DNA of 60,711 nucleotides, counting the filler, from Sphacelaria rigidula (Eukaryota), in NCBI GenBank assembly GCA_964200075.2. It is 6 parts of 6 records of this genome, joined end to end, with 100 filler letters (N's around TTAATTAATTAA, not from the genome) between each part and the next. Parts side by side here need not be neighbours in the genome. Positions count along the whole stretch, not along the records: positions 1 to 10,036 come from CAXNAA020007277.1; positions 10,137 to 20,171 come from CAXNAA020007278.1; 4 more parts are not named here. One strand, written 5' to 3'. The notes beneath the pieces are model-generated. The model was given only the letters and a program-made list of their open reading frames with translations, was not told the origin of the DNA and did not search any database. Positions 1 through 13,300 of this stretch are shown here, in pieces. Both the position numbers and the translations under genes were made by a program. Positions within the stretch are counted from its first letter, which is position 1. The number at the start of each line of letters is the position of its first letter.

Positions 1-220
1 TATAATCAGCACCAAATCACAGTTGTTTGGATTTTTTGCTGTTAATAATCAAGAGAATATGTGACTACTTCTGCAATTTAATTCAGTGCGTTTTATTTAA
101 TTCAATGTAGAGGTTACCCTATGGGCGCGGAGGCAACAGACGCGACATTCCTTCACACCGCGTCGAGGTCCGTTGGCAAAGTTTGACACACTCGCGATGT
201 TGTAACCGTGCTCGCCAGGA

Positions 221-2855
221 ATGATGGCGCACCACCGAAGGGTTTTATCCCAACAAGGCTGCTTCGCCCATTGTGTCCAGAACAATGCAGCCGGGGTTGA
301 AGTTCCTACACTCATGTCCCTCTGTCTTCGATCCCTGGAGTCATCGCTGGGGAAAGGTCTGGCATCGCTCTCTCTACAAGGCTTGCCTCTTGGCCTCGCC
401 GAGAAAATATACAGATATGTTGCCCTCAGTGGATCACGAATGGCGCAGATGGAGATCACGAAAGCGCTATCTCCTCTGCTTTCTCACATGGTCAGCAAAC
501 TGGATTGCAGTGCTACGGTTGACGAATCAGAACAATCTGACCCACCAGCCGCCGTACTGCAGCACAACAGCGATGGCAGCTGTAGTGGGGGCGGCATCAT
601 CGGGGAATCTGCGTTGTTCGAGCTCGCTAATGGCTGCGGAGCGGGGTTGATGTCTCTCGACCTTGGCGGTTGTCGGTTGATATCGAACACAGGCGTACTG
701 CGCGTACTGTCTACATGTCCCAATCTGTTGTTCCTCGGGCTCTCGGGTCTGGATCGTGTAACGGATGAGGTGCGCTGCCCACCTTACCGGCGAGTGTGGG
801 GGTTGACGGGGGGAAAAGGGACACTGTGATATTTAATGACCGAAATGACATCTCGATTCACTGTACGCATTGGTAGACAGCGGTTATTGCTGCCGTCAGC
901 GAAGAGATGGCGTTGTCCTTCGCTTATTGCACAGACCGTGCACAGGCAGGGGTACCAAACGTCGGGGTCGTCCGGTGGAAGTGTACTTTTCGGAATAATT
1001 TTGTGGCTCCAAGTCGCGGACAGACATAGGTGTGCAACTGGACGGATGCTAGTCTTAAATTTACGCATTCCCAAGATACATGAGTTCGGGTAGCACAAAC
1101 AGGCTGACTCTAGGTGTGGTCTTCGCGGCAGCATTCGTAATGTTGACAGCCCCGCCAGTGCCTGTATCTTGTTCATGAGAGGAAAATATTCCACTGGGGA
1201 TGACAAAGTTGAAGTTGGTCAATTTGCCCTTGCTCTCAACGATTCTCGCCGGAGCATGGTTCTCACTTGAACTGCGCAGTCATTGCATAGGCAGCCAGCC
1301 TTTCGATGATGTGCTATCCCCCTACGGTAGTGCAGCGCTTGTTGATGCAACTTGATTGAAGGCGGAAAGCAAGAGAACCCATCCTAACCTTATATGTTCT
1401 CCACCTTCGAGGTTTCAAGTATATGGTACGCGTAACTTGTTTGCTTCTTGTGTAACATGGCACCACCGATGCAGGGATGATGCGTACACTGCATTTTCAT
1501 TTCGTTTGCTCTCTTGCCTTGCCTGTGTCGCCCGTCTTTCGTTGCCAGGCGTTATATCTCGTGCCTCACCAGATCTCTTGCTTGACAAGGCTGAACTTGG
1601 CTGGGTTGAGTGGAGTGACCGCGAGCGGGGTTGCCTACCTTTCCTTCTTGCCCTCCCTCGAGCAGCTCAGCCTAGCAAGGTGTTGCCAGGTTAGGCACTT
1701 GATCTTCGCGTTCCCAGATTCACACCTTTGTTTATTCAAGTACAGTACCGATCTCGGCCGTCCATCAGCGTTTTGTTCAATGTTTTTCGTTCCCCAGCCT
1801 AAAAATGTTTTTGGCAGGCTCGTTTGATTACACCCGTACTTCGACGATCACCATCCCCTTCTTCAGAGTCGTGTATTGACAAGCGAGTCGGGTGCATCAC
1901 ACGAAGGGTTCGCCTGTTGAAAGCCTGTACAAGTGTTTCGTGTACTCTACACACTCCATCTTCTCAGTCTGTGCTTCCCCGTGAAGTCTTGGTATGAAAG
2001 TACACCTGTGAAGACCCGGTTGCCCAAGGCCATGCGATGCTTTGTTGCCTCCTGTTCACGGGTCAGATCCGGTGCGGCGGTTAGTTCGCCGACACTCGAG
2101 TTACATAACCCTTGAATACTGCGATAACAAGTGGACGACGCTGCCTGTACCCACCCTCTACCCCCATCTCCCTCCCGACCTATACACATCAAACTACCCG
2201 ACGAACACGCACGAAGCAGATCGGTGACGAAGCATTGACAGCACTGGGGCGAGGAAATTGCCGTGAATCCCTCCAATGGCTCGATCTCTCCGGCACGGCG
2301 ACAACCGACGCCGGCGCGTCGACTTCACTCCGGCACATGAAACGACTACAATTTATATCTCTATCTTCAAACTCAGTCTCCTTGTCCACAGTCAACTCCC
2401 TAGCGCGCGACCTTGACTTGCCCGCAGCCCTACCAGATGCCCCCAAAAGCCGAGCACGCTGCAGTCGCAGTCTGCTCATGGGCTCCCGCTGGTCGCGGCG
2501 GCAATCGAGCTTCGCCCCGCGCAGAACCCCCAACCCCGCTCGTGGTAATGGAATGTCGCTTCGCTACGGCCACGGTACGGCCAAGCACGGCTGGGAGGGA
2601 AGGCGTAGTAGACTTTTGCGGGCTGGAACCGCGGGCACGGTGGGGGGAGAATTCCGAGTAGGGGGAGGTGGACGTACCAGGAGACAAGGGGGAGGAGAGG
2701 GGGGATCTGTTGTGCAGCAGATCAGGGTAGGATTTCGGGATGAAGAGGAGCATGATGGGAACGGACAACATAGGGCGCATGATGGTGGGAGAGAGTTGGT
2801 AGTGGAGCTGGTGAACGGGATTATTCGCTTGTGGCCTGCAGTTCCTGTTCGTTAG
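221..2855 (+). CDS. Leucine-rich-repeat (RNI-like/FBXL/AMN1-type) protein; exons 221-769, 1549-1689, 2220-2855
   Basis: Cys-containing LRR motifs (LMSLDLGGCRLISNTGV, LLFLGLSGLDRVTDE, LTRLNLAGLSGVTASGV, LEQLSLARCCQ|IGDEAL, LQWLDLSGTATTDAG). Three ORF pieces join in frame at phase-0 GT/AG sites (GAG|gtgcgc, ccag|GCG, CAG|gttagg, gcag|ATC). The start codon is uncertain. Confidence 0.8.
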
Positions 2856-3487
2856 GGTGCTGCATGCGTGATTTGAGGTGACCGTATTGAGTCGTGGGAA
2901 TATTTTTCGGAGGTGCCGGCCGTACCGTTTTCTTCGCCTGCTAGGAGTCTCCATTTTTGCACGCCCTGAAAGTCTGTCCGTGTGCTGTTGTACGATGAAA
3001 GATTTTTGAGCGAAGTAATTTTGACACAGCTTGTTCTTGTGATGAGTCGTTCCTCTTGTTAGCTCACGAGTATGACTCGATGTGTATAACTTGTGTGGTA
3101 TGCTATATGTCAATGAGGAATGAAGACGAGACTTGTAAAAATGCAGCCGACGGCTTTGTAAATAGATGGGGACGCTGGTAATTGCGTTTCGGCTCACCAT
3201 GTACAAAAATGTCACCATTTACGAGGAGTCACGTATAGAACTCCATTCAAGGTGCTTTCAGTGATGAGTGGGTGATGACACGCCCATGACAAGAGAGAAA
3301 CTCCCGTACTTGTGTCGTTTAATTTCAACTTTACGTGTGCTTCGGGGAGATACCGGACGACTGATCTTCGGGGTTCATTTTTTATCGCACGTGAAGCGAG
3401 TTTGCCATGGGTGAGGGGATTGCTGATACGCCTCCGAAAAAAATAAGGCTGTAGGTATTTCGTGTTCTTTCGGCTGCAGTGGCCGCC

Positions 3488-3563
3488 GCACCCCGGTGGT
3501 CTAATCGGTTCAACTGAGACCAGTTAAGACCGAAGACTTGAGGTTCGTATCCCGGCAGATGCA
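3488..3563 (+). mobile_element. tRNA-derived sequence (probable SINE head or tRNA pseudogene)
   Basis: Pol III A box TGGTCTAATCGG (3497-3508) and B box GGTTCGTATCC (3542-3552) at tRNA-like spacing. The acceptor and anticodon stems do not pair properly. Confidence 0.45.
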
Positions 3564-4789
3564 TCCGGGGATTCTCTGGAAGTAGTATCTGATTTCAGTC
3601 GTCAAAAAGGCGAGGACGTGAGTAGCAAAGGAAGTTGGTTTCTTGGACGAGAGTCGACGCAGTGCGGGGGTGCCGATCCAGTCCCCGATACCGTGATATA
3701 GGGCGCGTGCCAGTAGAGAGATGGGCCAATCTCTCTAGACCACGGATTCGTCAGGAGGAACGAGAGGAGTTTAAAGTTTTGACGAGAAAAGACACGGTTC
3801 ATTTTGATCTGTTGTACACACATGGCAAGCTCATGCGGAGTTGACGTGAAGAAGCTGCTTCACACCTAATGTTGAGATTGTCATCCAATAGTCTCTTGAT
3901 TTTTTCATCGCTCGGTCGAGGACACGATATTCAACATGCTACTGTCACCAGTGCGTATCACATCATCACATCAGTCCATTCGGGCGGCATTAATCCTTTG
4001 GCTGCGGGCTTCGTTTCGGAACATTTTCGACGGCTGACAGTCCAGGGACATCCAGTGGTTTTCGGTGGGCGGGAGGGTGGGTTTTGACGGGGGGTGGGTG
4101 CCTGTTCCCAGAACAACCAAAGAGCTCACGAAGTCAACCATGTGTGTTTGAAATTTCCATGAGAAAACTCTAAGGTGGGAACGAAGTCCGAAACGAGTGA
4201 TCATTTCAATCGTTGGAATCGGTCAATTTGGTCACATTGTTCCCCTACAGATGACCTACCTCGAAGTGCAGCTGTATTTGACCACAAAGTGACCACTCGG
4301 CCATGAGAAAACATCGGCAAAGGATGCGCTATTTGCTCTGCTCGTAGTATTCACCCGTGCCTGGCATCTCTTGGCTGTCAACGTAGCTTTACAGTGTAAT
4401 GCTGTTGTGAAATACTAAGCAGATATTTCACGAGCGTGCAGCAGAATGCGTTCAGTGATGACACGCTTACTGTTTCATAACCCTGTATTTGCTCACGAAA
4501 AAATTAGCATGTAAGGTAAAGTAGCAGCAGCAGCAGTAGCACAGACAGGAAAAAAGAAGCATAAAGTTGAGACGAGTGACATGCATGCAAGATTAAAACA
4601 CACTCGAGGTGTGCTAGCCTTGCCCCGAAAAAAGTACCAGGACTGAAAGCATAGATCCGAGCAGAGGAAGTGTATAGTTTGCACATATTGCAGCAGTAGT
4701 GGCTGCCAGCGTGCGCTTTTGTATTTGCAAAGTATGACAGCATGTACCCCGCGAAAACAGCTCAGCGACGACATACACATGCACGTGAC

Positions 4790-4915
4790 TGGTGTTTCAA
4801 AACCGGTCAGGGGTTCTCTGACACTAATTCCTCTACATATGCCTAGCATCCACGTCGTCATAAAAATGGTGTTTCGTCTGGTGACACTCGCTCTAAACCC
4901 CACATGTGCCACAGA
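4790..4915 (+). repeat. Old dispersed repeat, related to the minus-strand copy at about 21735-21870
   Basis: Shared CAAAACCGGTCAGGG followed by weakly similar colinear blocks (ttctctgacactaattcctctacatatgcc vs ttctccgggacagttttctgtatagatgtc; gctctaaaccccacatgt vs gctcggaaacccagatat) in two unlinked contigs. Confidence 0.35.
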
Positions 4916-5382
4916 TCAGTCACCTGCGTGGGGCCATAAGCAAAGGAAAGGGGCATTTGTACGCGCTTTGAAGGATAGACGAGTATGGGCATCAGTGTTG
5001 GCAGTTACCTCGATCACTTGCAAACGCACTGGAAAATCGCGCGACGTTCACTTCTGTGTTACTACGGTAAACTTCCGGCGTTCGATTCTTCACAAGGGAT
5101 TCGAGAGACCGGAGGTCGCTTGCAGTGAGACGAATGGACGTGACACATCTGACCACGATCCCATTTCGTACTCGCTCCCAGCGACGATGGAGAAGATTTG
5201 AGATACAATATAGCAAGAAATGGCTGCGTGTAGCCAAAGCGAAGCGGTTGCACTGGAGCCGTCAGCGCGCTCGTAAAAGTATGTGTACGAAGACCCCGAC
5301 GTAAAGAATAGGTGCGCAAACAAAAACGCATCTCTATTCACGACATACACAAGTCACATACACCGTTCCGATCGTCATATCA

Positions 5383-8300
5383 CTACGCATCACCAGGTTT
5401 TGTTTCTTTCTCTCGCTCCGTCTCTTTTTCACCCTCCCCTTCCTTGTCTTGCATGTCGATTTTGTTCCCGAGCGTCGTCATGATATGCTTTGCCATCTGC
5501 TCCGACCGTGGTACCCCCTCTCCAAGCGCATACATGGAAGCGATATTTCGCCAGGAAAGCATGTTCCCACCCTCCGCCGCTGTCTGGTAGCAGCGGAATG
5601 CCGTCTCTAGGTTGCCCATGGCGTAGTGCATCACTCCTAGGCAATGAGATGCGTCGGCGTGGCCAAGGCCAGCGGCAGCCGCATAGTACCTGAATATATA
5701 TACCGGTAATGTTCGAACAGGTGTACAGAAAAAACACGCGCACACAGGCGATGGGAGACTATCGAAGATTGAAAAGGAGAAAAAACACAAGCAGTGGAGC
5801 TGAGCGCACGCCGTCAACTGGTACGGTTCCAAGCACTGTGGGTTTGGGATACTGTAGGCGTTACACGGTCGATGGAGGACTGAAACAAACCGAACGCGAA
5901 GTCTACAACAACCGCGTTTATTTCGTCAACATTGGTTTGGTTGCGACCTCAGCTCAGCGGTGAAGACGAAGGATTGCGGGGACTCTGCACTACAATTTGA
6001 ACAGCCAGGTCTCACGGCAAACGACTTCCTTCCCAATGTGTCTCCCAGTTTGCGCTGCCGAACGCAGCGCATCCAACCAACGCGAAAAGTGTGGCGAAAA
6101 ACAAACACCAGTATAGGACATGAATACCTGAATGCCGCCTGGGGATTACGGGGAAATCCATCCTCCCCGTGAAAAAACGCGGCACCTATGGCAAACATGG
6201 CGTCTGCGCTTCCCGCCGCCGCCGCCTGCTGCACCATATCTCTGAACTTGCCGAAGTCCTGCGGGAGGCCCAGCTCGGCGCTGCCGGATCGATGTGCCTG
6301 CGCAAGATAGTATATCGCCTCGGCGTGGCCCTGTTATAGTTATCATGCAATAGGCTGAGTCTTTTGTTTTATCGTGATACACTGTGCTGTGTGCCGGTTT
6401 AAACTATCCGTCAAGTAGCATTGTGGAAACGCCTGCAACCAAGTGAGGGTGTTGCCACGGGCGACTAAATGATGGAGACAGCTGATAGAACCATGTATGC
6501 AGTAGGGAGCAATCGGCGAGTTATCGATCGCCTACTGTACGGGCTTCAGGTTAGCTTCTGAGCGTGTACTGCTGCAGTCGGCGTCTACTCAAAACCAGAT
6601 ATTGCGAACAAAATACAAGGTGGGGTGCTGCATTTCAAAGATAACCCTCGATGGGAGGTGGTTCGATCGCAACCTCTGTTTCCGGTTTTGCACCGGAAAT
6701 AACATTTAATGAATACAAGAAGGGGCATGGGTTTTCGTACCTGCTCGCATGCTTGACTTAATAACGCTAGTGCTCTTGCACAATCCACATCTATGCCAAG
6801 CTCTTCGTCGCCAACATGTAAGCTGTGTCCCAAAAAATAGGCGGCAGCAGAAGATCGCGCCTCGCACGCCTCTTCGTACAGTTCTCGAGCAAGTGATACG
6901 TTCGGCGGCATGCCTATACCCTGAACGAGAGGACAAGTGGGTTTTCGAGGATATCAAAGGTGTGGCGCAGCTGAGAACCACTACGTAGTTTAGTGCATAT
7001 ATAGATATGGCCTACAATATTTTCTTGGCGATATTAACTCTAGCGAAAATAATCAGAAGTCGTGAACAGGTCTCACTTGAATGAGATTCGAGTTAAGATG
7101 GTTAACATCGCAAAGCACAAATGTCACACAAGATTCTCGTCTTCTCTACTTGCTACAGCTATCCACGACGCCGGGAAAAAAAGCTGAAGGACACTACCCG
7201 ATGCTTGCGCAATTCTACAATTTAGTTCTGTTCACATAAACATCGCACCAACCGTGCATCTGTCCAAGATGAGATTCTGCCCAGCTGACACCGACACAAG
7301 TGATACCATACGACTTTGTTCTGCGCAGTAAACGACTAAATGATCATGCCATATTCAAGATATGCACCTCGTGGTGCATTCTCGCTAGCTGAAAAAGAGC
7401 GTCCGGCTGGGGCTGATCGCCCGCAGCGGACCTTCGATACCACTTTTCAGCAAGCTGTGCGGTGGCTGAAGACTTCATTGCTGCTTCCATTGCTATTTCC
7501 CCGAGCTGCATCATAGCTCGAGAGTCCCTTCGCAAGAGGAAAACGACAGTCAACAGCGTGGGTGTGGCGGAACGGGTAAAGGTATACATAGCAACGACGT
7601 GATCCCACGAACGATATCTCATTCGCAGCACGCCATCGATCCCACGAGATTTCAGGGGAGAAGAGAATATCGATGTTGATTTTTTTTACTGGCCCATGCG
7701 TTCTCACTGCCACGGCGTCGGCCGAGTGAACTGTGGGTAAAGGTTTGAGTGTTACCAGGTGTCGTATCTCAAGACTCCTCGTACGTTGCTTGAACCCTCG
7801 CTGACCGGAAACAATAAACAACTTCTGCTGCGAAAAAACGCAAGGGAGAGGGAGTCATAACTACAGCCTTTCCTCTCTCATAATATCCGTCGCTCACCCC
7901 TCTTCCGCAGCCTTCAGATACCACTCCCATGCCTGCGGATGACGGACCTTTACTGCATCACCATCATCACTGGTGGTCAAAGAACTTGACTCTTGCCCGG
8001 AACTGCTTTTTGTTCCATCATCTTCTACTCGCAACCCTGGCGGTTTTTTCTTGCTCGCGCGCGTAGCTTCTGCGCGTTTTTGCAACGCTCGCCGCCGAAG
8101 TGCCTTAACCTCAGCCACGACTGCTCGGGCAGCGCCCTCAGCCCCGAGCTCGGCCTTCTTGCCTCGCTCCAGGAGCTCGCCCCACAGATAATGGAGATTT
8201 CCAAGAGCAAAGTACACGTCACGTGAGGCGCGGGGCTCATTTTCAGTCGTACAGGTTGCTTTGAGCAAGCAGTGCCAGGCCTCCATTGCCTCATCTGCAT

Positions 8301-8927
8301 GGGGGGGTGGTTTGGGTGGAATTTGAAGCACGAAATGATGGGCCTGTTTGGCGTTTAGGTACTGATTGTACTCGCGTGCCGGCTGTATTTGCGTTCTCAA
8401 GTGGAGGGGCGAGTGGACGGATTTCAGCATCAACTGAACATGCTACGTATATGATCGCCGATGTTGAATGAATTGCCCCGCAAGACCATTTCAGTGTTGT
8501 GTTCTGTAGAACCTACCTGACGAAGTAGTTGGACTTCAAAATGTCCATGTCGGATCTAAATCTCACCTTGACTGAGGGCCTCCGGGTTTTGCCGTAGGAT
8601 CTTCAATCCTCGCTCACCAGCAGCGGCAGCTGACTCCACCAAGTCATCTGGGGGAACCGGTGGGCGCGCAGCGGAAGTCAGATGTCGAAAGCAGCGTCTG
8701 TTTCCGTAGTCCAACGAAATCAGAACAGGCATGCTGGTGGGACCAACCGTGTAATGCTGCCGACGTCGCAGAGCAGAGCTTTGACAGATTCCCGGCGAAA
8801 ATGATTGAAACAGAGCCCTGAATCTCGGGTGAGCACATAATTTTCGCAATTCGGCGACAGCCATATGCTTTACACAGTAGCAGCAGCGGCGGCAGCAGCA
8901 AGCTGAACGGGTAAAGGCAGGGCACAT
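5383..8927 (-). CDS. Sel1-like repeat (SLR) protein; exons approx. 8927-8567, 8294-7898, 7527-7368, 6920-6741, 6297-6128, 5689-5383
   Basis: Multiple Sel1 motifs (AWEWYLKAAEEG|DSRAMMQLG, AEKWYRRSAA..PDALFQLARMHHEGIG, AMFAIGAAFFHGEDGFPRNPQAAFRYYAAAAGLGHADASHCLGVMHY, AFRCYQTAAEGGNMLSWRNIASMYALGEGVPRS). All junctions are GT-AG with matching phases (1,2,0,0,2). The Arg/Ser/Leu-rich N-terminus suggests mitochondrial targeting. A small exon between 6741 and 6297 may have been missed. Confidence 0.85.
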
Positions 8928-10036
8928 TTACTGTTCTGAAATGTCTTCGCCCAATGTCATGTCCCGCTCTATTTCTATTCCGTTACAGCTTCATCAACAG
9001 CAGAGGCAGCTTGGTAGACTGAGGTAGGGCAGAGCGTGATAAGATATTCTCGTGGTGCGTGTTTCAGTTATGATATGTTCCCTGTTGAATAACATTTAGG
9101 GGAGACATGGATCAACCGCGATCTCGACGAATCAGCGATGCCCAAGTGCAAGAGGTGTTTGCGTGCTTCGAGGAATTCGCCGAGAGCAAAGGTGCCCCTA
9201 CTAGATTACTGTTTTGTACTCACTACTATTGTGTGCATGCGCAGCCGAGATGTGGATGTTGGCGAGTACCGTCCAATAACACCCCCCGTTTTCAATCTCA
9301 GTTTTCTTACGGTAGGAGGAAGCATCCACAGCCTCGACCAATCGATGGCAGTCAAAAATTCCAGCGAGATAATTCCATGGACGCAGTTCCATGGACATAG
9401 CTTTTGGCGACGTGATCATCGCAGCTACCGAAGAAATGAGAATGAAATGCTACTCGCCGTGGGGCGTTAAACCCCTTTACTTGCTACGTTGTATGTTGTG
9501 GAAACTGTACACACTCATGACACTTTTACGTTCATTCTTTCGATGAGCAGATCGTGATCAAGCTGAATTTTGCCGAGTATGATAATGAGGATGACGGATC
9601 CGTCGTTGGATTCTTTGCATTGATCGATCCGGATGTGATACATACTCGTAGCTGCCCACAGTAAGCAAAAAAACGGGGAATTGTTGGAAGAAAATCCCCT
9701 ACACGTTTCACAGGCTGGTTCACGCGCTATTGGGCTCCTGGTCGAGGTAGTTGTGCGTTGGGTGTCTGGAAAATATCGTCGGAATGACTCAATATGGCCT
9801 TGCAACTGACCTACAGCGAACCGATACTGGATTTTGGCGGGTAAACTAAACTTTTCTTGGATTTTTCAAAAAACGGTTTCTACCAAGAGTTGCTTTCAAA
9901 ACAAAATCTAAGTGACTCTGCCTCCCCGAAATCGTCCACGGTTAGGACAAATTATCACGACTCAAAATGACCAAATTCACGATTTCTTCGGCCTGGTTGC
10001 CCATAAGGGAGAAAAAAGTTGATCGCTGGTTCAAGG

Positions 10037-10136
10037 NNNNNNNNNNNNNNNNNNNNNNNNNNNNNNNNNNNNNNNNNNNNTTAATTAATTAANNNNNNNN
10101 NNNNNNNNNNNNNNNNNNNNNNNNNNNNNNNNNNNN
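10037..10136. other. Artificial contig linker (N44-TTAATTAATTAA-N44)
   Basis: 100-nt spacer with stop codons in all six frames. Confidence 0.98.
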
Positions 10137-10382
10137 TGCAAAAGAGAAATGCCACTTCAACCTCATTTTTTGGATGAACCCCATTTTCTAGGATCCACTG
10201 TTAAATTTGCATGCACATTCTCGCGTGCGATTGTCGCGTCATTTGCCCGGGCGAGCACATCCACCGACCTTACCATTTGAAAAGCACGCGAAAAAAATAA
10301 AAACGCATTTCGTGACAAGGATGATACATATGCTTGAGCATACAGTGCCATGCATCAGCTTGAAACACCCCTGACATCTTAC

Positions 10383-13300
10383 GTCGAGCATATTCGCGCT
10401 TGGGTCTATCCCAATCACCGGCTGCTGGGGCGATGTGGCAGCGTCAAGCTTGGCCAACTCTTGCGCCAACATTATCGCCACGTCTGCCGTACCCGTTGCC
10501 ATGTCCACAACGCGATCTCCGGCTTTCAACTGACACACACAAAATGCATAAAAGACACCGGGAAGGAAAAAAAAAAGAATGTAGGCATTCGAATCAGTGA
10601 CTTTCCATTACCTTCTGTAGGCGTGGACCCCCGGTATCTCGGTACTTGGCTCCTAACCAACACGCGGGTACCGTCAAGAAGCACGTACAATACGGAAGGG
10701 AACAGAATAAGCACGGGGAATATTTGTTGCCGTTCAATGCCCGAAGGAACTAGGTCGCCGGAGCAACGAGGGAATGAAGTGATACCCCGCCAGAAATCTT
10801 TTGCTGTGGATGACGAACGAACAACACGAGTTACATGGTTTTCGGAGTCACCCATGCTTCATCTGCTTGTGTACGTTAAACTTGCCTGAAGTCCATCAAT
10901 CATGGTCTGCCTCCACCGCATGTCCAGGCCCAATGAGATCACCTGTGGGGTAAGTGATTGCGATTCAACGAATCACAAGCACGTGTGATAATTAGAAAAA
11001 AAAAAAGAGGCCATTTGATCAGAGTGGAGCTCAAACTTCTTAATTCTTGGTCCTGGGACTCCGTCAACATCGTGTCGACATGGTGCATAATATACACGGT
11101 AGGTTTATTGACCGGATGCCCGATCGATCACATCCGCAGAGGGCAAGAGACCGAGTGGGAAGCGGCCAATGTATATATATATATATATATATATATTCCT
11201 TATATATCATGATTCTCAACAGCGTGTCTGGTATAAAATGCCAATGCGGCTGATTGATCGCTGTGCTCAAAACGACGTAAATATGGTGTTAAGAGCAGCT
11301 CAGGTCTCTGGGGGTAAATACGAGTTGCTGGCATGTACCATCATTTTCCCAAAGATGGTTAGAAAAGGGTAGCCTAACAGTACGAGTAATTCGAGGTGTC
11401 GATGCGTCAGGCACCCTAATATACTCAATATTTTGGGCAGGCGATACTCCAGCTACCTTAATATGTTCGGCATTTTGGCAGTCTCACCACGGCACAGTCT
11501 TCTACAGTGCGGGGTGACGCCACAGTGCGGTCAAAATCACCTGTTATTAGTCCGGTATGCCATACTAATATCAAGTGATTGCACAATACGTATACCGTGC
11601 GGTCTCAGCATAGTGCGGTCCTCGCACAGTTCGGCTGTGTCCACTCCCCGCACAATGATGGGATTCCACTCGTACAGTGGGAACCGAAGCCATAGGTATG
11701 AGCTCCCGTATGTAGTTCCGACTATCAAAAGTCGTTTTCATGAGGGCTTTTTTTGTAGTGCCAGGTATGCCGAATCCGATACTCACAGATAGTCACGGGC
11801 CACCCAGGGCCTTGGGCAGGATCTTCTCCAGTACCTATCCGTATCCTCGTCAACTTCGTTTATTGTAATCCACAGAATCGCACAATACATTACAGGGCAC
11901 TGTGCAAAGGGACAAAAAAAGCATATACATAAATCGATATGACGGCTCTTTTACTTTTGCGTACTCCAGCGTGGCTTAGGGCTGGGGGAGTCTGTTAATG
12001 CCCGGATGATCTTATGTGTTTATGAATACTGAACAAAATTATCATTTACTATAGTTGCCGTATATCCGCAGGGGAAATCTCCTTCACTATGGCGGACGAG
12101 TGTTGGAGGAAGGCATATGGCGTAGAGATATTGATTTGATTGGGAGCATCCTTGGACATTATTTTTGAGGTGATGAAGCTCATTGTTTGCTCGCAAGGAC
12201 GGCCCTCCCGCGACAGCCCGTTTCCCGAGCTTCTCATCACCTAAATCCTCGCTGCGGATGTGCAGTCAACCGTCTGTATATTATACCCCTGTTTCCTGCT
12301 GCCCCTGCGTCACTCCGCAGTCGAGAATGATCGCGCGGATTTGGGGCGTGTGAGAGGAGCGGGAGGGCTGATACAATCCGCGATACCAAACCGCAAGGTG
12401 TGTACTGGGGAAGGGATGGGTTAATCCCTTGAGATCACAGACTCGGGTCGAGGAAGGGGAGGGGCTCAAAGTGAAAAAAAAAAAAAAACGTGTAGGAGAT
12501 ATCCGATGTTCAGCACGTGTTCAGCACGACAAAGTCGACTATTCCGTTGCCGGTCCATGAGAGAAGATGCTCAGGTTTTCGCCAAGGAAAAAAATTACAT
12601 CATACCCAACTACTTGAGTGTATCTAGCCCTGTGCTCAACTCGTGCTCTACGCTGCAGAGTTGCGGTGGTACCTAATGATGAATTGTGTGGGGTTTGCAT
12701 GGTTCTGTGAACGGGTGGTCTCTGGCGTTGTTGTCTGCAAAGTAGGAGTCAAGGGCCCATTCGTTCCTTCCCTCCGCATGTCTTTGATCGAAAAAGCTAG
12801 GCTTTGGTTCTGCATGCGCGTTTTTTTCTCGGCATCAAGCTTCTAAATGTTGTTTATAAACTTTAAAAAAATATTTGTGAAGCCCCACTTGGAGGTTTTT
12901 TGGCTCAAATTAGCCGCGCTTCATGCGCCGTATTCCCGTCCTTGATGTGGCGTTGTGGCAGTATCCCCTGACGAGGCGCGCCTTCTAGCATCAGAACAAG
13001 ACGATAAGTTGGGCATTCGAAGTTTTGATGTTTATTTTTGTTACAAAAATGAAGCTTCCTTATGTCGTTGAGTTTGAAGACCACAACCTGCACACCTACA
13101 CCCTAACCCGCGTACGGAAACAACAAATGCCACTACACTTATGATACATGACACAGCAGTAGGGCATTGTGGCCTCTGGACACAAGGCATTACAGCCCTT
13201 GGCCTCCCGCCCGGCAACCCACAAGATACAAGCTACCACCTTCCCCGCCCCATCATCTACCGCCAGTCGACAGTGAAAATCTTGTCGAACTACCGGTACC

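Noticed and set aside
9107..9470. Possible small gene divergent from the Sel1 gene (MDQPRSRRISDAQVQEVFACFEEFAESK, possible donor near 9191)
   Set aside because: No recognisable domain and no convincing downstream exons.
10081..10092. TTAATTAATTAA as a piggyBac target or regulatory site
   Set aside because: It is a synthetic six-frame stop linker embedded in Ns.
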